The position numbers and the translations under genes are program-made. A stretch of DNA of 64,000 nucleotides from Balanoglossus misakiensis (lineage: Eukaryota; Animalia; Hemichordata), in NCBI GenBank assembly GCA_040954595.2, contig CM082586.2:2609124-2673123 (forward strand). Direction: 5' to 3'. This document shows, in pieces, positions 1 to 12,333 of the stretch. The notes below the pieces were generated by a model. The model had not been told where the DNA came from. It made no database searches and saw only the letters and a list, made by a program, of their open reading frames with translations. Numbering within the stretch: position 1 is the first letter of the stretch; each line of letters starts with the position of its first letter.

Positions 1-3000
1 AAAATTGTCATTTTCGGATGATTTTCATGAGCTATAACCCATGGTTTTTTCGAAAAAATGAAGAAATTTTGAAAATTCGCAAAGTCGAAAAATTGTCATT
101 TTCGGATGATTTTCCTGAGCTATAACCCATGGTTTTTTCGAAAAAATGAAGAAATTTTGAAAATTCGCAAAGTCGAAAAATTGTCATTTTCGGATGATTT
201 TCATGAGCTATAACCCATGGATTTTTCGAAAAAATGAAGAAATTTTGAAAATTCGCAAAGTCGAAAAATCCTCGATTTTTGAACATTTTCCTGAGCTATA
301 ACCCATGGTTTTTTCAAAAAATGACCAAATTTTCAAAATTCGCAAAAGTCGAAAAATCCTCGATTTTTGAACATTTTCCTGAGCTATAACCCATGGTTTT
401 TTCAAAAAATGACCAAATTTTCAAAATTCGCAAAGTCGAAAAATCCTCGATTTTTGAACATTTTCCTGAGCTATAACCCATGGTTTTTTCAAAAAATGAC
501 CACATTTTGAAAATTCGCAAAGTCGAAAAATCCTCAATTTTTGAACATTTTCCTGAGCTATAACCCATGGTTTTTTCAAAAAATGACCAAATTTTCAAAA
601 TTCGCAAAGTCGAAAAATCCTCGATTTTTGAACATTTTCCTGAGCTATAACCCATGGTTTTTTCAAAAAATGACCAAGTTTTGAAAATTCGCAAAGTCGA
701 AAAATCCTCGATTTTTGAACATTTTCCTGAGCTATAACCCATGGTTTTTTCAAAAAATGACCAAGTTTTGAAAATTCGCAAAGTCGAAAAATCCTCGATT
801 TTTGAACATTTTCCTGAGCTATAACCCATGGTTTTTTCAAAAAATGACCAAGTTTTGAAAATTCGCAAAGTCGAAAATTCCTCGATTTTTGAACATTTTC
901 CTGAGCTATAACCCATGGTTTTTTCAAAAAATGACCAAGTTTTGAAAATTCGCAAAGTCGAAAAATCCTCGATTTTTGAACATTTTCCTGAGCTATAACC
1001 CATGGTTTTTTCAAAAAATGACCAAATTTTGAAAATTCGCAAAGTCGAAAAATCCTCGATTTTTGAACATTTTCCTGAGCTATAACCCATGTTTTTTTCA
1101 AAAAATGACCAAATTTTGAAAATTCGCAAAGTCGAAAAATCCTCGATTTTTGAACATTTTCCTGAGCTATAACCCATGGTTTTTTCAAAAAAATGACCAA
1201 ATTTTGAAAATTCGCAAAGTCGAAAAATCCTCGATTTTTGAACATTTTCCTGAGCTATAACCCATGGTTTTTTCAAAAAATGACCAAATTTTGAAAATTC
1301 GCAAAGTCGAAAAATCCTCGATTTTTGAACATTTTCCTGAGCTATAACCCATGGTTTTTTCAAAAAATGACCAAATTTTGAAAATTGGCAAAGTCGAAAA
1401 ATCCTCGATTTTTGAACATTTTCCTGAGCATATAACCCATGGTTTTTTCAAAAAATGACCAAATTTTGAAAATTGGCAAAGTCGAAAAATCCTCGATTTT
1501 TGAACATTTTCCTGAGCTATAACCCATGGTTTTTTCAAAAAATGACCAAATTTTGAAAATTCGCAAAGTCGAAAAATCCTCGATTTTTGAACATTTTCCT
1601 GAGCTATAACCCATGGTTTTTTCAAAAAATGACCAAATTTTGAAAATTCGCAAAGTCGAAAAATCCTCGATTTTTGAACATTTTCCTGAGCTATAACCCA
1701 TGGTTTTTTCAAAAAATGACCAAATTTTGAAAATTCGCAAAGTCGAAAAATCCTCGATTTTTGAACATTTTCCTGAGCTATAACCCATGGTTTTTTCAAA
1801 AAATGACCAAATTTTGAAAATTCGCAAAGTCGAAAAATCCTCGATTTTTGAACATTTTCCTGAGCTATAACCCATGTTTTTTTCAAAAAATGACCAAATT
1901 TTGAAAATTCCCAAAGTCGAAAAATCCTCGATTTTTGAACATTTTCCTGAGCTATAACCCATGGTTTTTTCAAAAAATGACCAAATTTTGAAAATTCGCA
2001 AAGTCGAAAAATCCTCGATTTTTGAACATTTTCCTGAGCTATAACCCATGGTTTTTTCAAAAAATGACCAAATTTTGAAAATTCGCAAAGTCGAAAAATC
2101 CTCGATTTTTGAACATTTTCCTGAGCTATAACCCATGGTTTTTTTCAAAAAATGACCAAATTTTGAAAATTCGCAAAGTCGAAAAATCCTCGATTTTTGA
2201 ACATTTTCCTGAGCTATAACCCATGGTTTTTTCAAAAAATGACCAAGTTTTGAAAATTCGCAAAGTCGAAAAATCCTCGATTTTTGAACATTTTCCTGAG
2301 CTATAACCCATGGTTTTTTCAAAAAATGACCAAGTTTTGAAAATTCGCAAAGTCGAAAAATCCTCGATTTTTGAACATTTTCCTGAGCTATAACCCATGG
2401 TTTTTTCAAAAAATGACCAAGTTTTGAAAATTCGCAAAGTCGAAAAATCCTCGATTTTTGAACATTTTCCTGAGCTATAACCCATGGTTTTTTTCAAAAA
2501 ATGACCAAGTTTTGAAAATTCGCAAAGTCGAAAATTCCTCGATTTTTGAACATTTTCCTGAGCTATAACCCATGGTTTTTTCAAAAAATGACCAAGTTTT
2601 GAAAATTCGCAAAGTCGAAAAATCCTCGATTTTTGAACATTTTCCTGAGCTATAACCCATGGTTTTTTCAAAAAATGACCAAATTTTCAAAATTCGCAAA
2701 GTCGAAAAATCCTCGATTTTTGAACATTTTCCTGAGCTATAACCTATGTTTTTTTCAAAAAATGACCAAATTTTGAAAATTCGCAAAGTCGAAAAATCCT
2801 CGATTTTTGAACATTTTCCTGAGCTATAACCCATGGTTTTTTCAAAAAATGACCAAATTTTGAAAATTCGCAAAGTCGAAAAATCCTCGATTTTTGAACA
2901 TTTTCCTGAGCTATAACCCATGGTTTTTTCAAAAAATGACCAAATTTTGAAAATTCGCAAAGTCGAAAAATCCTCGATTTTTGAACATTTTCCTGAGCTA

Positions 3001-6000
3001 TAACCCATGGTTTTTTCAAAAAATGACCAAATTTTGAAAATTGGCAAAGTCGAAAAATCCTCGATTTTTGAACATTTTCCTGAGCTATAACCCATGGTTT
3101 TTTCAAAAAATGACCAAATTTTGAAAATTCGCAAAGTCGAAAAATCCTCGATTTTTGAACATTTTCCTGAGCTATAACCCATGGTTTTTTCAAAAAATGA
3201 CCAAATTTTGAAAATTCGCAAAGTCGAAAAATCCTCGATTTTTGAACATTTTCCTGAGCTATAACCCATGGTTTTTTCAAAAAATGACCAAATTTTGAAA
3301 ATTCGCAAAGTCGAAAAATCCTCGATTTTTGAACATTTTCCTGAGCTATAACCCATGGTTTTTTCAAAAAATGACCAAATTTTGAAAATTCGCAAAGTCG
3401 AAAAATCCTCGATTTTTGAACATTTTCCTGAGCTATAACCCATGTTTTTTTCAAAAAATGACCAAATATTGAAAATTCGCAAAGTCGAAAAATCCTCGAT
3501 TTTTGAACATTTTCCTGAGCTATAACCCATGGTTTTTTCAAAAAATGACCAAATTTTGAAAATTCGCAAAGTCGAAAATTCCTCGATTTTTGAACATTTT
3601 CCTGAGCTATAACCCATGGTTTTTTCAAAAAAATGACCAAATTTTGAAAATTCGCAAAGTCGAAAAATCCTCGATTTTTGAACATTTTCCTGAGCTATAA
3701 CCCATGGTTTTTTCAAAAAATGACCAAATTTTGAAAATTCGCAAAGTCGAAAAATCCTCGATTTTTGAACATTTTCCTGAGCTATAACCCATGGTTTTTT
3801 AAAAAAAATGACCAAATTTTGAAAATTCGCAAAGTCGAAAAATCCTCGATTTTTGAACATTTTCCTGAGCTATAACCCATGGTTTTTTCAAAAATGACCA
3901 AATTTTGAAAATTCGCAAAGTCGAAAAATCCTCGATTTTTGAACATTTTCCTGAGCTATAACCCATGGTTTTTTCAAAAAATGACCAAATTTTGAAAATT
4001 CGCAAAGTCGAAAAATCCTCGATTTTTGAACATTTTCCTGAGCTATAACCCATGGTTTTTTCAAAAAATGACCAAATTTTGAAAATTCGCAAAGTCGAAA
4101 AATCCTCGATTTTTGAACATTTTCCTGAGCTATAACCCATGGTTTTTTCAAAAAATGACCAAATTTTGAAAATTCGCAAAGTCGAAAAATCCTCGATTTT
4201 TGAACATTTTCCTGAGCTATAACCCATGGTTTTTTCAAAAAATGACCAAATTTTCAAAATTCGCAAAGTCGAAAAATCCTCGATTTTTGAACATTTTCCT
4301 GAGCTATAACCCATGGTTTTTTCAAAAAATGACCAAATTTTCAAAATTCGCAAAGTCGAAAAATCCTCGATTTTTGAACATTTTCCTGAGCTATAACCCA
4401 TGGTTTTTTCAAAAATGACCAAATTTTGAAAATTGGCAAAGTCGAAAAATCCTCGATTTTTGAACATTTTCCTGAGCTATAACCCATGGTTTTTTCAAAA
4501 AATGACCAAATTTTGAAAATTCGCAAAGTCGAAAAATCCTTGATTTTTGAACATTTTCCTGAGCTATAACCCATGGTTTTTTCAAAAAATGACCAAATTT
4601 TGAAAATTCGCAAAGTCGAAAAATCGTCGATTTTTGAACATTTTCCTGAGCTATAACCCATGTTTTTTTCAAAAAATGACCAAATTTTGAAAATTCGCAA
4701 AGTCGAAAAATCCTCGATTTTTGAACATTTTCCTGAGCTATAACCCATGGTTTTTTCAAAAAATGACCAAATTTTGAAAATTCGCAAAGTCGAAAAATCC
4801 TCGATTTTTGAACATTTTCCTGAGCTATAACCCATGGTTTTTTCAAAAAATGACCAAATTTTCAAAATTCGCAAAGTCGAAAAATCCTCGATTTTTGAAC
4901 ATTTTCCTGAGCTATAACCCATGGTTTTTTCAAAAAATGACCAAATTTTGAAAATTCGCAAAGTCGAAAAATCCTCGATTTTTGAACATTTTCCTGAGCT
5001 ATAACCCATGGTTTTTTCAAAAAATGACCAAATTTTGAAAATTCGCAAAGTCGAAAAATCCTCGATTTTTGAACATTTTCCTGAGCTATAACCCATGGTT
5101 TTTTCAAAAAATGACCAAATTTTGAAAATTCGCAAAGTCGAAAAATCCTCGATTTTTGAACATTTTCCTGAGCTATAACCCATGGTTTTTTCAAAAAATG
5201 ACCAAATTTTCAAAATTCGCAAAGTCGAAAAATCCTCGATTTTTGAACATTTTCCTGAGCTATAACCCATGGTTTTTTCAAAAAATGACCAAATTTTGAA
5301 AATTCGCAAAGTCGAAAAATCCTCGATTTTTGAACATTTTCCTGAGCTATAACCCATGGTTTTTTCAAAAAATGACCAAATTTTGAAAATTCGCAAAGTC
5401 GAAAAATCCTCGATTTTTGAACATTTTCCTGAGCTATAACCCATGGTTTTTTCAAAAAATGACCAAATTTTGAAAATTCGCAAAGTCGAAAATTCCTCGA
5501 TTTTTGAACATTTTCCTGAGCTATAACCCATGGTTTTTTCAAAAAAATGACCAAATTTTGAAAATTCGCAAAGTCGAAAATTCCTCGATTTTTGAACATT
5601 TTCCTGAGCTATAACCCATGGTTTTTTCAAAAAATGACCAAATTTTTAAAATTCGCAAAGTCGAAAAATCCTCGATTTTTGAACATTTTCCTGAGCTATA
5701 ACCCATGGTTTTTTCAAAAAATGACCAAATTTTTAAAATTCGCAAAGTCGAAAAATCCTCGATTTTTGAACATTTTCCTGAGCTATAACCCATGGTTTTT
5801 TCAAAAATGACCAAATTTTGAAAATTCGCAAAGTCGAAAATTCCTCGATTTTTGAACATTTTCCTGAGCTATAACCCATGGTTTTTTCAAAAAAATGACC
5901 AAATTTTGAAAATTCGCAAAGTCGAAAAATCCTCGATTTTTGAACATTTTCCTGAGCTATAACCCATGGTTTTTTCAAAAAATGACCAAATTTTTAAAAT

Positions 6001-9000
6001 TCGCAAAGTCGAAAAATCCTCGATTTTTGAACATTTTCCTGAGCTATAACCCATGGTTTTTTCAAAAAATGACCAAATTTTTAAAATTCGCAAAGTCGAA
6101 AAATCCTCGATTTTTGAACATTTTCCTGAGCTATAACCCATGGTTTTTTCAAAAAATGACCAAATTTTCAAAATTCGCAAAGTCGAAAAATCCTCGATTT
6201 TTGAACATTTTCCTGAGCTATAACCCATGGTTTTTTCAAAAAATGACCAAGTTTTGAAAATTCGCAAAGTCGAAAAATCCTCGATTTTTGAACATTTTCC
6301 TGAGCTATAACCCATGGTTTTTTCAAAAAATGACCAAATTTTGAAAATTCGCAAAGTCGAAAAATCCTCGATTTTTGAACATTTTCCTGAGCTATAACCC
6401 ATGGTTTTTTCAAAAAATGACCAAATTTTGAAAATTCGCAAAGTCGAAAAATCCTCGATTTTTGAACATTTTCCTGAGCTATAACCCATGGTTTTTTCAA
6501 AAAATGACCAAATTTTCAAAATTCGCAAAGTCGAAAAATCCTCGATTTTTGAACATTTTCCTGAGCTATAACCCATGGTTTTTTCAAAAAAATGACCAAA
6601 TTTTGAAAATTCGCAAAGTCGAAAAATCCTCGATTTTTGAACATTTTCCTGAGCTATAACCCATGGTTTTTTCAAAAATGACCAAATTTTGAAAATTGGC
6701 AAAGTCGAAAAATCCTCGATTTTTGAACATTTTCCTGAGCTATAACCCATGGTTTTTTCAAAAAATGACCAAATTTTGAAAATTCGCAAAGTCGAAAAAT
6801 CCTCGATTTTTGAACATTTTCCTGAGCTATAACCCATGGTTTTTTCAAAAAATGACCAAATTTTCAAAATTCGCAAAGTCGAAAAATCCTCGATTTTTGA
6901 ACATTTTCCTGAGCTATAACCCATGGTTTTTTCAAAAAATGACAAAATTTTGAAAATTCGCAAAGTCGAAAAATCCTCGATTTTTGAACATTTTCCTGAG
7001 CTATAACCCATGGTTTTTTCAAAAAAATGACCAAATTTTGAAAATTCGCAAAGTCGAAAAATCCTCGATTTTTGAACATTTTCCTGAGCTATAACCCATG
7101 GTTTTTTCAAAAATGACCAAATTTTCAAAATTGGCAAAGTCGAAAAATCCTCGATTTTTGAACATTTTCCTGAGCTATAACCCATGGTTTTTTCAAAAAA
7201 TGACCAAATTTTGAAAATTCGCAAAGTCGAAAAATCCTCGATTTTTGAACATTTTCCTGAGCTATAACCCATGGTTTTTTCAAAAAATGACCAAATTTTG
7301 AAAATTCGCAAAGTCGAAAAATCCTCGATTTTTGAACATTTTCCTGAGCTATATACCCATGGTTTTTTCAAAAAATGACCAAATTTTCAAAATTCGCAAA
7401 GTCGAAAAATCCTCGATTTTTGAACATTTTCCTGAGCTATAACCCATGGTTTTTTCAAAAAATGACCAAATTTTGAAAATTCGCAAAGTCGAAAAATCCT
7501 CGATTTTTGAACATTTTCCTGAGCTATAACCCATGGTTTTTTCAAAAAATGACCAAATTTTCAAAATTCGCAAAGTCGAAAAATCCTCGATTTTTGAACA
7601 TTTTCCTGAGCTATAACCCATGGTTTTTTCAAAAAATGACCAAATTTTGAAAATTCGCAAAGTCGAAAAATCCTCGATTTTTGAACATTTTCCTGAGCTA
7701 TAACCCATGGTTTTTTCAAAAAATGACCAAATTTTGAAAATTCGCAAAGTCGAAAAATCCTCGATTTTTGAACATTTTCCTGAGCTATAACCCATGGTTT
7801 TTTCAAAAAATGACCAAATTTTGAAAATTCGCAAAGTCGAAAATTCCTCGATTTTTGAACATTTTCCTGAGCTATAACCCATGGTTTTTTCAAAAAAATG
7901 ACCAAATTTTGAAAATTCGCAAAGTCGAAAATTCCTCGATTTTTGAACATTTTCCTGAGCTATAACCCATGGTTTTTTCAAAAAATGACCAAATTTTTAA
8001 AATTCGCAAAGTCGAAAAATCCTCGATTTTTGAACATTTTCCTGAGCTATAACCCATGGTTTTTTCAAAAAATGACCAAATTTTGAAAATTCGCAAAGTC
8101 GAAAAATCCTCGATTTTTGAACATTTTCCTGAGCTATAACCCATGGTTTTTTCAAAAAATGACCAAATTTTCAAAATTCGCAAAGTCGAAAAATCCTCGA
8201 TTTTTGAACATTTTCCTGAGCTATAACCCATGGTTTTTTCAAAAAATGACCAAGTTTTGAAAATTCGCAAAGTCGAAAAATCCTCGATTTTTGAACATTT
8301 TCCTGAGCTATAACCCATGGTTTTTCAAAAAATGACCAAATTTTCAAAATTCGCAAAGTCGAAAAATCCTCGATTTTTGAACATTTTCCTGAGCTATAAC
8401 CCATGGTTTTTTCAAAAAATGACCAAATTTTGAAAATTCGCAAAGTCGAAAAATCCTCGATTTTTGAACATTTTCCTGAGCTATAACCCATGGTTTTTTC
8501 AAAAAATGACCAAATTTTGAAAATTCGCAAAGTCGAAAAATCCTCGATTTTTGAACATTTTCCTGAGCTATAACCCATGGTTTTTTCAAAAAATGACCAA
8601 ATTTTCAAAATTCGCAAAGTCGAAAAATCCTCGATTTTTGAACATTTTCCTGAGCTATAACCCATGGTTTTTTCAAAAAATGACCAAATTTTCAAAATTC
8701 GCAAAGTCGAAAAATCCTCGATTTTTGAACATTTTCCTGAGCTATAACCCATGGTTTTTTCAAAAAATGACCAAATTTTCAAAATTCGCAAAGTCGAAAA
8801 ATCCTCGATTTTTGAACATTTTCCTGAGCTATAACCCATGGTTTTTTCAAAAAATGACCAAATTTTCAAAATTCGCAAAGTCGAAAAATCCTCGATTTTT
8901 GAACATTTTCCTGAGCTATAACCCATGGTTTTTTCAAAAAATGACCAAATTTTGAAAATTCGCAAAGTCGAAAAATCCTCGATTTTTGAACATTTTCCTG

Positions 9001-11160
9001 AGCTATAACCCATGGTTTTTTCAAAAAATGACCAAATTTTGAAAATTCCCAAAGTCGAAAAATCCTCGATTTTTGAACATTTTCCTGAGCTATAACCCAT
9101 GGTTTTTTCAAAAAATGACCAAATTTTCAAAATTCGCAAAGTCGAAAAATCCTCGATTTTTGAACATTTTCCTGAGCTATAACCCATGGTTTTTTCAAAA
9201 AATGACCAAATTTTCAAAATTCGCAAAGTCGAAAAATCCTCGATTTTTGAACATTTTCCTGAGCTATAACCCATGGTTTTTTCAAAAAATGACCAAATTT
9301 TCAAAATTCGCAAAGTCGAAAAATCCTCGATTTTTGAACATTTTCCTGAGCTATAACCCATGGTTTTTTCAAAAAATGACCAAATTTTGAAAATTCGCAA
9401 AGTCGAAAAATCCTCGATTTTTGAACATTTTCCTGAGCTATAACCCATGGTTTTTTCAAAAAATGACCAAATTTTGAAAATTCGCAAAGTCGAAAAATCC
9501 TCGATTTTTGAACATTTTCCTGAGCTATAACCCATGGTTTTTTCAAAAAATGACCAAATTTTCAAAATTCGCAAAGTCGAAAAATCCTCGATTTTTGAAC
9601 ATTTTCCTGAGCTATAACCCATGGTTTTTTCAAAAAATGACCAAATTTTGAAAATTCGCAAAGTCGAAAAATCCTCGATTTTTGAACATTTTCCTGAGCT
9701 ATAACCCATGGTTTTTTCAAAAAATGACCAAATTTTGAAAATTCGCAAAGTCGAAAAATCCTCGATTTTTGAACATTTTCCTGAGCTATAACCCATGGTT
9801 TTTTCAAAAAATGACCAAATTTTGAAAATTCGCAAAGTCGAAAAATCCTCGATTTTTGAACATTTTCCTGAGCTATAACCCATGGTTTTTTCAAAAAATG
9901 ACCAAATTTTGAAAATTCGCAAAGTCGAAAATTCCTCGATTTTTGAACATTTTCCTGAGCTATAACCCATGGTTTTTTCAAAAAAATGACCAAATTTTGA
10001 AAATTCGCAAAGTCGAAAAATCCTCGATTTTTGAACATTTTCCTGAGCTATAACCCATGGTTTTTTCAAAAAATGACCAAATTTTGAAAATTCGCAAAGT
10101 CGAAAAATCCTCGATTTTTGAACATTTTCCTGAGCTATAACCCATGGTTTTTTCAAAAAATGACCAAATTTTGAAAATTCGCAAAGTCGAAAAATCCTCG
10201 ATTTTTGAACATTTTCCTGAGCTATAACCCATGGTTTTTTCAAAAAATGACCAAATTTTGAAAATTCGCAAAGTCGAAAAATCCTCGATTTTTGAACATT
10301 TTCCTGAGCTATAACCCATGGTTTTTTCAAAAAATGACCAAATTTTCAAAATTCGCAAAGTCGAAAAATCCTCGATTTTTGAACATTTTCCTGAGCTATA
10401 ACCCATGGTTTTTTCAAAAAATGACCAAATTTTGAAAATTCGCAAAGTCGAAAAATCCTCGATTTTTGAACATTTTCCTGAGCTATAACCCATGGTTTTT
10501 TCAAAAAAATGACCAAATTTTGAAAATTCGCAAAGTCGAAAAATCCTCGATTTTTGAACATTTTCCTGAGCTATAACCCATGGTTTTTTCAAAAAATGAC
10601 CAAATTTTGAAAATTCGCAAAGTCGAAAAATCCTCGATTTTTGAACATTTTCCTGAGCTATAACCCATGGTTTTTTCGAAAAAATGAAGAAATTTTGAAA
10701 ATTCGCAAAGTCGAAAAATTGTCATTTTCGGATGATTTTCATGAGCTATAACCCATGTTTTTTTCGAAAAAATGAAGAAATTTTGAAAATTCGCAAAGTC
10801 GAAAAGTTGTCATTTTCGGATGATTTTCATGAGCTATAACCCATGGTTTTTTCGAAAAAATGAAGAAATTTTGAAAATTCGCAAAGTCGAAAAATTGTCA
10901 TTTTCGGATGATTTTCATGAGCTATAACCCATGGTTTTTTCGAAAAAATGAAGAAATTTTGAAAATTCGCAAAGTCGAAAAATTGTCATTTTCGGATGAT
11001 TTTCATGAGCTATAACCCATGGTTTTTTTCGAAAAAATGAAGAAATTTTGAAAATTCGCAAAGTCGAAAAATTGTCATTTTAGGATGATTTTCATGAGCT
11101 ATAACCCATGGTTTTTTTAAAAAAAATGAAGAAATTTTGATATTTCGCAAAGTCGCAAAA
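1..11160. repeat. 87-bp tandem satellite array (~128 copies), continuing off the left edge
   Basis: Unit B: aaaatcctcgatttttgaacattttcctgagctataacccatggttttttcaaaaaatgaccaaattttgaaaattcgcaaagtcga, repeated head-to-tail ~265-10675. Unit A: aaaattgtcattttcggatgattttcatgagctataacccatggttttttcgaaaaaatgaagaaattttgaaaattcgcaaagtcga, at 1-~265 and ~10675-11160. The last copy decays at ~11110-11165. Confidence 0.99.
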
Positions 11161-11170
11161 TTTTTCATGA

Positions 11171-11314
11171 TAACGACTTAATCTTTGTGCCCTATCCACG
11201 GATTAAATTGAGAAAGTAAACATCGGTAATTGAGTACTGGGGACCAAGTGAGAACTGACCAATGTTTACTTAATCCATTTAATCCGTGGATGGGACACAC
11301 AGATTTAGTCGTTA
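11171..11314. repeat. Imperfect inverted repeat (foldback / MITE-like) abutting the satellite end
   Basis: Left arm taacgacttaatctttgtgccctatccacggattaaattgagaaagtaaacatcggt matches, with mismatches, the reverse complement of right arm accaatgtttacttaatccatttaatccgtggatgggacacacagatttagtcgtta. Arms are ~55-60 bp with a short spacer. Confidence 0.85.
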
Positions 11315-12333
11315 GCAGGTGCTTTATGGGAAATGCGATAGCTTGTATTCTGGATTAGCAACTGATAGCAGGATGGGGTAACACAGAAAAATAAAGAAGC
11401 ACAGAGACTGTTCAGCAAGTACTTTATAACTTTAATGTTTGCAGCCCCCTGTGCTCTCCCTACCTACCTGAAATACATAAAATCAAATACTACCAAACAT
11501 TGACCAAAAGTTTAGTGTGTGGACGCACAGAGATTCTGTGGGCTAATACCCTGTGTTTGCAGAGAGTAAACACTGGCATAGCACTGGTGTCGAAACTTTT
11601 AGTGAGAACAAGACTGTACATGGTTTATTTGAGCGTGTGGATTAACACCTTGACACATATTTGACCCTTTTACAAATCGTAACATAGTGTTAATTAGTAT
11701 TTAAAGTTTTATGTAAACTAGGGTCATCGTCGTTTTTAGCGTTGTGCAACATGCAGATGTGTATGATCTTTTGTTCCTGGATCAAAGTGCCCCACCCTAA
11801 TTCTCTTGCTGGTGGAAACGACATCAAACGTATTTTAGCGAAGCTGCCGCTCTGAAGAAATTTGGAGTGATTTTCAACTAAGTGACCGTATATTTGACAA
11901 TAGCGCTGCAGCTAGTTGTAAGTAAAAGGCTACTCGATTTGATCACTATTCAATTCTCGGCCTACAAGCACTCAGTTGTTCACGGCCACAGAGAGTGAAC
12001 GTGCATGTATTTAGGCAACAAGTACTTGACGCCAAACCCACTGCCTGGTGGGTTGATTGTGTCCACAGACACCATACTTAGGGTTGATACAATTGTATAT
12101 CATTCGATATTGATTCTGTCATATACTGTTTTTGATTCCTCTGGTTGTATCCAAGGCAACCATATCACCAGCATTCTCGTCAGTTATGCGCTCTAGTTAG
12201 CTGTCGTGTATCCAATCTTTCTTTGAGTATGGCTTATAGTCTATTTATACTTCGACGATATCCGTGTATAAAACGTAACATATTGCTAATACTGCCTAAT
12301 ATTAGTTTTTCAATTGGCCTTCAGGTGACAACG

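Noticed and set aside
32-10725. Dozens of long ORFs with 29-aa repeats (MGYSSGKCSKIEDFSTLRIFKIWSFFEKT, KKPWVIAQENVQ...)
   Set aside because: Artefact of an 87-bp (29-codon) unit lacking stops in two frames. Frames switch at homopolymer indels, and there is no unique start, end or splice structure.
1-11160. CRISPR-like appearance of the regular repeat
   Set aside because: There are no unique spacers (whole units repeat), no cas genes, and the context is eukaryotic with introns.
12145-12333. N-terminal 63 aa of the 611-aa ORF
   Set aside because: It starts at a non-ATG codon and lies upstream of a good splice acceptor (ttcag, 12324). It looks like intron read-through.
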